A stretch of 60,000 bases of DNA. Origin: Lytechinus pictus (Eukaryota). Of this stretch, positions 50,913 to 60,000 are shown piece after piece. The stretch covers positions 7,132,001 to 7,192,000 of the forward strand of contig NC_087251.1 in NCBI RefSeq assembly GCF_037042905.1, in the 5' to 3' direction. Below the pieces are notes generated by a model. The model did no database searches, was not told the origin of the DNA, and saw only the letters and a program-made list of their open reading frames with translations. The position numbers and the translations under genes were made by a program. The stretch's first letter is position 1, and every line of letters begins with the position of its first letter.

Positions 50913-51509
50913 CGACGAAGGTCAAATGCCATTTAGGGTCAATGAACTTAGACCATGTTGGGGGAATCAATATAGAAGTCTTAACCTAAGGTTAAATTTT
51001 TTTAATGTCATCATAACTTAGGAAGTATATGGACCTAGTTCATGAAACTTACACATAAGGGTAATGAAGTATTACTAAACATCCTGCCTGAGTTTCAGGC
51101 TACATGACCAAGGTCAAAGGTCATTTAGGATCAATGAACTTTGGGCATGTTATGGGTATAACTTTAATTTTTTTTAGCTAGTTCATAAAACTTGGACATA
51201 AAAGTAATCAAGTATCACTGAACATCCTGTGCAAGTGTCAGGTTACATAACTAAGGCCAAAGGTCATGTTGGGGGTATTTGTTGAATTACCATCGCAACT
51301 TTGAAAGTTTATAAATCTAGTTCATGAAACATAGACATAAGTGTAATCAAGTATAAATGATTGTTTCGCACACATCTTAGATCACATGATCATGGTTAAA
51401 GGTCGTTTGGGTCAATTGACATAGTATTTTATTAGATGTTTTCTTTTGTGAATAATTATTCAATAGCTGTTTTCAAAGTCAGCATTGCTGCTATATCGAA
51501 TCGCATTTA

Positions 51510-51796
51510 ACTATATGGTTCAGTGAGTCAAGTTGGTCCTTATTGTCAAATCTATAAAAAATGAAATATTGTATAATTCAAACAATAAAAAACAAAAGAA
51601 ATAGTGAGTGATGGACATCATCGACTGACTCACCTAATTGTGCATATGTATCACTGTTTTGTGAAAAATGTGCAATACTTTAAAAAGTCATAACTCTCTT
51701 ATTTTACATCTGATTTTGATGAAATTTTCAGCACTATGCTACTTTGATTTTGATATATTTATTCCAGTCAGCATTTTCCTGGGGTGGACTTGACCT
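51510..51796. mobile_element. Half copy of the same TTAA MITE family
   Basis: One arm only, ending GGGGTGGACTTGACCT|TTAA. Further eroded fragments at ~425-543 and ~33380-33520. Confidence 0.75.
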
Positions 51797-54031
51797 TTAA
51801 ATATGAATAACAGACAAGTTGCTATCAAATGGTACACTTTAAAATAGGTGTTAGCATGTATTACAGTATCAGTTGCATAATATAAAGAATTACAGATTAA
51901 TGCATCTTGTCCTATTCCATTCTTGTTTATGATTCATTTCATCTTCAAGTAGACCTATTATTTTCTGTGTAATAAGTTCCACGTACATGAAGGAGAATTG
52001 AGCTGATGAGCAATTTATGCAGCAGAGCCCTAAAATCATGGGCATAGTCCACGGTAAAAACGTAAGAGACATTTATTGGGAAAGATGAATCGTTTCTGCT
52101 TGGATAGGAAAGAATTGGATTATCTTTGTAGCTACTTGCACCAAGCTACTTATTGGATTTACTTGAAGTATGAGTGGGTGAAGGAAGTGTGTCCATATAA
52201 AATTGGCTTTGGACACAAATCTCAACCTAAACTCAATAGAGAATTGGTGTGCTACGTGTATCTCTTTATCAGCAGTAGATGATACATGGAAGTATTGATC
52301 ATGACAAGGCCTAATTGTGGCACCAACTGTATGGATGAAGATAATAAAAGGGTGTGTGCTATTTGTATAAGTTTTGGTTAAAATAGTAATAATGGAGAAA
52401 AAATTGAATATAAGAGTGGTTAATTGCATGTTACATGTTGATGAATTGCAAATTGGACATCAAAAGTAACATTACTGTCATAGAATCTTCAGCATGTGCA
52501 TCATTAGGAAAGGATATCTGCTTAAATTAATTAGTTGCAATGCCTTTGATTATATTTACAATTTGCAGTAATGTCTGCTTTTTTTTAGAGACAACAGAAA
52601 AAATACAAAGTCGTATTTTTGGCAATTTCTAAGCAGAAGACCATTTAAGGCTCGTCTTTTGTGAGTCATACTCAGTTCAAAGAAATGTGCTGTGAATTTG
52701 TCTTATAATATTTGCATGCAAGATGAAGGACATGGTATCAAGGTATTAAAAGCAAATAAACTCGGCATGGAGTATTTAGGAGGGAAATTTAAAGGGCATA
52801 CTTCATTTAAACTGTAAGAAAAAAAAGAAGAAAAAAATGGAAAGTCAGGAAAGGGGATATGCCTAAATGCAGTGAGTTTTACATCTTCTTTCCAGAGGAT
52901 GTAATGAATTGCCAAAAGGGAAAAATATATATCCATGTAAAGGGTCTGTGGGTTGTGATATCAAGTGAAAGGATGGTATCAATAATAAATCTAGAAAAGT
53001 ATATGATAATAGGGCTAAGATTTTCATTTAGGCTTGGTCTCTTTAATAGATACTGTCTCTGTTATATAAACTATTCTATTCCTATCTTTATCAATTATAT
53101 CAATTATATCTGTCAGTTTTGCGATTCAGTGTATTTCATTCTTCTGTGTTCTATGAAGCGGAGTCAAAGTCGAGGCCTACATGATGGTATGGTATATGAT
53201 AATAAGTTAAAAGGAATGGCTAGCTCACTTGCTTTTATCTCTTGACCTCACACATTACTCTCTGTCCATATTGATGAGTCTCTTGGCTCATGCACCTTAC
53301 TACTTGCAGAGGGTTTGCTTCATGCAAGTAAAGAGCTCATGAATGCGTGCAGAAGAGTGGTGTGGAGAACTCCCCAGGTTGGCTTCATGTATGATGAAGA
53401 GCTCTACCTCATGCTTGCAGAGAGGGAGTGGAGGTGAATATCATTCGGGAGTGAATCTACAGAAAGAATGACAAATTAGCAAATATTCAGGATGAAAGTA
53501 AAAATTGTGGAAATGAAAGGGAATACAATTGGAACAAAGAGAAGGAAGCGACAAAAGTTGACACATGCTCCTATTAAAAAGAAAATGTTATTTTGTGATT
53601 AAAAAAATCATTCATTCTATTTATCATGAAGGTGGTTTTTTTTGTCTTTAATATAATTTAGTATTATCCTGCCTTACTACAGCATGTTTGGAGAATCATG
53701 GGAATCATTGTGTGGTCAATTGTGGGGAACAAGTTGCTTCCTCAATGTTCGACCAATGTTCATAAAATTTGGCATACATGTCACTTTTTAGGATGTTGAG
53801 TGCAAAGCATACTTTAGAAAAAAAAGTAAGATTTTATTACTATGGTAACTACACAGAGAGGGGATGAGATGGGGAGTGATAGGTGTGGGGGGGGGGGGGA
53901 AGTTGAGATGGATGCAGAACCATCTATGTAAGCTTGGTAGTGTATACACCAGAGAAGTTTGAAGATGAATCATCCTTTACCCATCCTCTCTCTATCTCTC
54001 CCTCATCCTTCATCTCACTCATCCATTTTAC

Positions 54032-54650
54032 ATTGAGCACTTTTAGAAATGTACGTCCACATAGTTAACTGGTACGACATGACGTCATTTTTTGGCGTTC
54101 CATATGCCTCAGGTCCTCACACACGTCCACTATCAGAATCGAGAACCTCGCCACATCCATTTTGTGGTTCTCCTAAATCATAGTGGACGTGTACGTGAGT
54201 GACGTCATTTTGACCGTTCAAGCCCAGCATGAAGATAAACCTTTCCCTTTTAAAACACAGTTTTTAGTGACTTTTCACAAAATTAATGTAAGTTGTATGA
54301 TGCATTATGTTTATCATATTTGGAATTGCTTTCTGACCTCCAAAATTTATATTGATATATATCCTAACTCTAGTAAAAAGGAATCAAAGCAAGTGAAAGG
54401 GCACGTGTGCACAAGTTGCACTTTCGCATCACCCGACCGGGTCGCCAGGCGATGGTACGCCAGATCTTCCGGGACGGGCAGCGTGTCATGACCCGCTGGT
54501 TATCGTGCTGTGTGGACGTACGTACACGTACAAGTCGAGTGAAATCTAAAGTATTCGCAATTGTAGTGAACAAGGGCAGACGACGACGTTGACTCAAACG
54601 ATCAGACGACTGCTACGTCGTTCTCGTTCACTGCTCCTAAAACTCTCCAA
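54032..54650. mobile_element. Unclassified CpG-rich DNA element with short imperfect TIRs
   Basis: TTGAGCACTTTTAG / CTAAAACTCTCCAA; recurrent ACGTCCAC, GACGTCA and GACGAC motifs. Confidence 0.45.
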
Positions 54651-54756
54651 TGATGCAAACTTGAACTTAAGTGTGTGCCTTTGGTATCTATGTAAGCCTT
54701 CACATATCCATTGTAATGAGAACAAAAATCAGTATATATAAAAGTGCAATGATATA

Positions 54757-55944
54757 CAGTCCAACCTCTCGTAGAGGCCGTTCTCATTACACTTTCTAAA
54801 AATAGTTTACTGGAAACCGATTCAGGAAACCACTTTGGAAGATCGCTTTGCTAGCGTTCCCACTTGATCACACGAAAGTGGTTTTCAAAATCACTTCACG
54901 TAAAGCGCTCTTGTTGCTATGGAAACGCTCTCAGTGGGGTGACCCGTTTCGCGCGAAATTCGAAACTGCAGCATGGCCATTCTACACCTGTCGTGTGGAG
55001 TAGCGCGCTCAAAATGTGCGAAGATCGCTTCCCGAAGAACGGTTGTGTCCTCACTTACGCTAAAACCAGTTTAACGAGGCAAAGCGATCTTGAAAACTAC
55101 ATCGCGAGGTGGTTTTCCAAACTGGTTTGGAAGATCGCTTCCAAGACCGCTTCGACCTACGCGTTAAACTAGTTTCCACTAAACTAGTTTCCAGTAAACT
55201 AGTTTTAGGAACATAGTGAGAACAGCCTCTTATCCAGACAAGTTGGGACCAGCACCAATCCGGATAAGGGATTTTATCTGGGAGACCCAATATTAAAGCC
55301 TCCCCTATGGTAGCTACACGTAATCTATTGTAGTATTCACTGCAGTGCCAGTGCAAATTATAGGCGTTTTTAACGGAAGTGAAATCGATTGGTTACCAAA
55401 ACTCATTGGATAATTTACCTGCCGAAATGATTGAGGTATACAAATTGAATAAATCGAAATTGAGCATACCTCGAAAGAAAGAGAATGAATCAATGAAACT
55501 AAGTTTTAAAATTGGATCATCGCGGCGAGTGTCGCAGCTTCGCAAAGTCAGTCATTGTTATGACTGTAGGCTCAAACATGATAGATGGCGCTGTCTGTAT
55601 ACAGGCCTAAGCGCTAGCTAGTGAGACATGTGTTGTTTTTCCCAGAAAAAAAGAGAACATGATAAAATGGCTGAGGTGCGCCCTGATTTACTGGAAAATT
55701 ATCCTGTCTATGTTCTTTCAGTGAATTGGGTAAGATATTTTCATGATAAATAATGTGGTTGTACTAGGTAGACTATATTGGAAAATGTATATAATCAAAG
55801 TGAGTTTGTGTAGGAATTTTGAGTAAAGAGTGAGATCTCATTTCCCAACGTACTAGATTGAAAAAAAAAAAAAAATTGGGAAGTGTGCGTCTGGATAATA
55901 GAGAGATCCGGATAAGGGGAGGCCGAATAGGAGAGGTCGGACTG
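54757..55944. mobile_element. pogo/Tigger-like MITE with its left TIR interrupted by a nested element
   Basis: TA|CAGTCCAACCTCTC ... GAGAGGTCGGACTG; subterminal CCGGATAAGGG repeats. Confidence 0.75.
54774..55229. mobile_element. Harbinger-like MITE nested in the pogo-like TIR
   Basis: GAGGCCGTTCTCA / TGAGAACAGCCTC ends with 3-bp flanks GTA/TTA; AAACTAGTTT subterminal repeats. Confidence 0.8.
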
Positions 55945-55980
55945 CATATGACTTTGAAAGCATGTCCATGTAGGAAGCAT

Positions 55981-56483
55981 CCGGGGGGGGGGGGGGCACT
56001 TACATTGACGAGTGGATACCATGCGCGACCAAAAAAACACGTAAAAAGGATGTCTTTTTCGAGATAGGGCACGTTACGTACGTAACGCAATAAGGGTGTC
56101 CGAAATGCTAAAATAATGAAAAAAGGGTCAAATTTGCGAGGGTATAAAAAAATTAAGACTAAAATCTTTTATAAAGGATGTACTTTTTGCCCCAAGAGTC
56201 AACACTACGTGTTTAGATTACGATTTGCGCGAGGTGTAGGAGGTGGGGCTGTACTTAACCCAATGATGTAGGTAAGGGTAAAACCGACGTCCGTAACGTA
56301 ACAATTGAAATATCGCTGTACTTGTTTAGGGGTTCAATTCAGGGAATACTTGCCAATAGTTTTGTTTCCAATACTTGTTAAGGGTAGGGTTTCACACGCC
56401 AATACTTTTTAAGGGGTGCATTTTCATAATATGAGACCCCATGGTCGCGCATGGTATCCACATTCCACTCGTCAATGGAAGTG
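55981..56483. mobile_element. CCCGG(G)n-terminated element, copy 2
   Basis: Collinear with 2819-3461 but lacks the 66-bp duplication. Confidence 0.8.
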
Positions 56484-58319
56484 AAAGCACAGAAATAAAA
56501 CTAACTTAATATTACTGTTTAATTTGCAAAGTAGCCGCTGGTGTCAGAATTTGTAAGGAGGTGATATTTATGCCTGCCCTTGACACTCTTTTTTATTTAC
56601 TACACAATATAATCACTGAGTGGATTTGATATTCATCCATCATCTCTATCACAAATATCATCCCCTTCCTTAAAAAAAAAGAAAAAATGGAATAATTGGA
56701 TGATCGAAAATACAATTGGGAATGAATTAAAGAAGAAATTAGTTCTAATTCATTCACAAAGTGTAATGTCAGTTGCTGACTTTTTATTCAAATGTAATTA
56801 TTTTTTCCGGGTATTGCAAAATAATTCGAAATGTTCTTTGAAGTCTATTAAAAATGCAGAAAATAAAACTATTGAGAGAAAGGTGGGGCTATTTGAGGGG
56901 GGAAAGGATAGCTGCACAAAAATAAGATGGAGATGATTTGATTGTCTTGATAGAGAGAGAGAATACTCCCTTCTATTTGTCAATGTCACTCGCATTTCAA
57001 TTTCATTGATTCAAATTTGTAGGAAATTGTGTAATGCGCACATTTTGAAGTGTATGGTTGATTTGCATCCATCCATCCACCCATGCTTGGAGAATAGATG
57101 GAACGAGTGACGGTTCTCTCTGCAACTAAATTACATTCTAAACTCAATCATGATTTGTTAAAAGAGGATACAGGGATGTAAATTGTCTTGGGATAGGATT
57201 CATATCTTGTGGAGGAATAGGATCCAATAGATTGTTCATGACTGTCTTTTCTGACTTCAAGTCTTATTCATGACTGGAGGTTCATTATTTTATTTTACCA
57301 ACTGCACTTTTAAAGGAAGAATTACTGTTGAGACAGCATTTTTTTTTCATTCAGAAACTTTTATCTTAATGCTATACAGGGGTCTGTTATAGTAACAACT
57401 ATGGTAACTTTACCATTATAGCAACTAACTATGGTAACAGGGCTCAGCAGCCAATCACAATTAAGATTTTCATGATAACAATTTTGAAAATTTCCAGCAG
57501 ATGTTAGTCTACGGGCATCTGATTTATAGAAGTTTGGGAAAATGCTATAGATCTTGACCTGACCTGAGATATATTGTGTGCTTACACTTCTCTTCAAGCA
57601 GAAATAATTAATGAATAAAAATCACATCATATAAGGAGGTGTGGATGAGATGTATAGCCAAAAGAAATTGAAAAAGAATTTGAACTTATGACCCAATGAG
57701 GTGTGATTTATCAATTTTACAGCTAATTTGGCAATGCAAATATCTTTGCTCAACTCTTATATGTTTGTACTACTTTTGTAGCATCAAGTGCCTTTGAATC
57801 AGGAGTATAGTGGATTATCATGGTTCTGAGTAGGTGTTTGGGATTAACAGCCAGTCTCAGTTTGGTGAAGTCTTACTGAGGGATTTATAAGCAGAATTAT
57901 GCACATAAAATCACAAGGGTTTTAAAAGACATACAGGATCTACAAGACCTACAACTCCATTGCATAGATTATTTACACTGATATAGGCAAGCGAGAAGAA
58001 AATATGACTTACACGGACTTTAGTCGTCCATATGTTATTTTTTTGCTGTACTTATTTATTTTAAGTTAATGATTTCAACTGTCATTCATTTTGTAATAAT
58101 AAAGTGGGGGATTGCAAACATGTCCCCCAAGTATGTAGGCCTTCACATTAATAATTCCAAAATTGAATTGTAAAAAGAAGAGATAATAGTTATAATGAAA
58201 ATACAATACCTGTACCTTGGGTGATGCAATTTGTTACATTGTTTTGTATTTGTGTTGGTGTGGTAGGTCTCATAGGCCTATTTATTTATTGGAAACCAGT
58301 AAACTTGATGAAAAATTGA

Positions 58320-58895
58320 AGGTCAAGTCCACCCCTGAAAAATTTTGATTTGAATAAGCAGAGAAAAACCAAACTAACATAAGGTTGAAAATTTCATCAC
58401 AATCAGATGTAAAAGAAGAAAGTTATGCCATTTCAAAGTTTTGCTTATTTTTAACACAACAGTGATATGCACAACTCAAACGAGGCAGTCGATGATGTCC
58501 CTCACTCACTATTTCTTTTGTTTTTTATTGTTTGAATTATACAATACTTCATTTTTTACAGATTCAACAATTTGACTGAACCATATAGTATTAAATAATG
58601 CTAATTCCACATGTTCAGGGAGGAATAGATTGTTTTTACACTTGACAATGAGGGGAAAATGAGAATATTTTATATAATAGAATCCAAAAGAAATAGTGAG
58701 TGTATGACATCATCAGTCTCCTCATTTGCATACCGACCAGAATGTGCATATCACTGTTTTGTGAAATTAGGTGAAACTTTAAAATGTCATAACTTTCTTA
58801 TTTTACATCCGATTTTGATGAAATCTTCAGTGTTATGTTTGTTGGATTTTTTTATTTTTATTCAAATCAACTTTTTGCTGGGGTGGACTTGTCCT
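58320..58895. mobile_element. Same TTAA MITE family, copy C
   Basis: TTGA|AGGTCAAGTCCACCCC ... GGGGTGGACTTGTCCT|TTAA; collinear with copy A. Confidence 0.85.
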
Positions 58896-60000
58896 TTAAA
58901 TAATATTTTCACGACTATCATTTGTAAGGCGTAACTTACAACAAGGGCTTTTAATTTTGGAATCAAATTGCCCTTAGCCCCAGGTATTTCCCCTTCTCCA
59001 AACATAATTGATTATCATTGGCTAGAAATTAAAGAAAATCATTATAAAATTTTATTTCCAATTCATAAATCTCGTCTTCATTTTGTTAAAATCATTTTGA
59101 AATAATAACATGATCTGTTCCTTAGTATTCCTTTTATTTATGAAATACTCATCGGGCGGTATGATAGAGCGTTCTTTGAAGGGATCATATCCAGACAAAG
59201 TATTGCTTGTCAAGCCGTCTTTTATTGGTGTTTTTAGAAGACCCGGTAGCCATGTTGTCTTCAGGGGCTTTACTGCATTATCATACAGAAAGGGATGATT
59301 CACCCAACCTGGATCAAATTCTTTCAAGATTGCATCCTTTCCATGCCGCACCCTGTTTCTTCCTCTCATCTCAACCAAGATTCCATCCTCTCTCTGCATC
59401 CCTGAACCAGTGAGACCTTTACATGTACTTTCCTCAGCTAGGAACATCTTTTTATCATATGCTGTTGAGATACAATCCTTTTATGGATATGAATATCAAT
59501 CAAAGAATGACTTATTCTACAAGGTTATCATAGCAAGTGTGAAGGATTGGTATATCCAGCATCGTTTATTAGTCTTTTTGCCTTAGTATGTAGGTCTGAT
59601 TATACGAATTTAGCAAAAATTGAAAGATTGTCCAATTTCAAAAATGTTAAAGCAGTCTATATCATTGTGGGAGTAATATTTTATATTTCTTATACTAGCG
59701 CATTTAAAAATTGTTTTTTTAAAGAAAAGCAAAGAATAATAACTACATGTACACAGTGTACATTGCACATCTACTGGTATAATGTATGCCCCAGTTGTCA
59801 AAAACTCAAAAGTTTTTAAGTGTGTACTGTGTGTCAATGTAGTCAGCAGTATTTAAACAATCCATAAAACAGAGTTGAAAAATCAATAAGGTTTACAATG
59901 GGAGACCTATTTAGTGATTGCATAAGAAAAGACAGGATATGTATACACATTGACTACCTTCCAGAGACAAGATGTCTTGCATGAGTGAATGTGTGGTGGG

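Noticed and set aside
59052..59447. 131-aa minus-strand ORF
   Set aside because: No recognisable domain and no convincing splice context; it lies antisense within an intron and overlapping frames are similarly open. Probably chance, though BLASTP would settle it.

Overview
This is AT-rich eukaryotic (animal) genomic DNA, not prokaryotic. The repeat families, poly(dG) tracts and gene content suggest an echinoderm, probably a sea urchin (inference). Two divergently oriented spliced genes can be reconstructed by hand. (1) A complete 3-exon, 137-aa SAM-domain gene on the minus strand (SAMD15-like; CDS 14971-14882, 8054-7956, 7525-7301), with an RFX X-box/ETS/CCAAT/GC-box promoter. (2) The first two coding exons of a signal-peptide plus I-set Ig-domain protein on the plus strand (28988-29018, 35211-35513), most similar to PTK7/off-track; its second intron runs past the window end. 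Most remaining recognisable sequence is non-autonomous DNA transposons (hAT-, PIF/Harbinger-, Kolobok-, Tc1/pogo-, Helentron- and Academ-like), often nested, plus decayed L1/Tx1 and L2/CR1 LINE fragments. The most unusual observations are: a SINE with a 7SL (Alu-domain)-like head, split by later insertions; a four-level nested 5.4-kb element abutting the Ig-gene promoter that carries an apparently spliced antisense non-coding transcript and a 623-bp foldback; and direct evidence that the abundant TACATGTA-type octamers are transposon excision footprints. No CRISPR, rRNA or intact tRNA was seen. All calls were made by eye without database searches.
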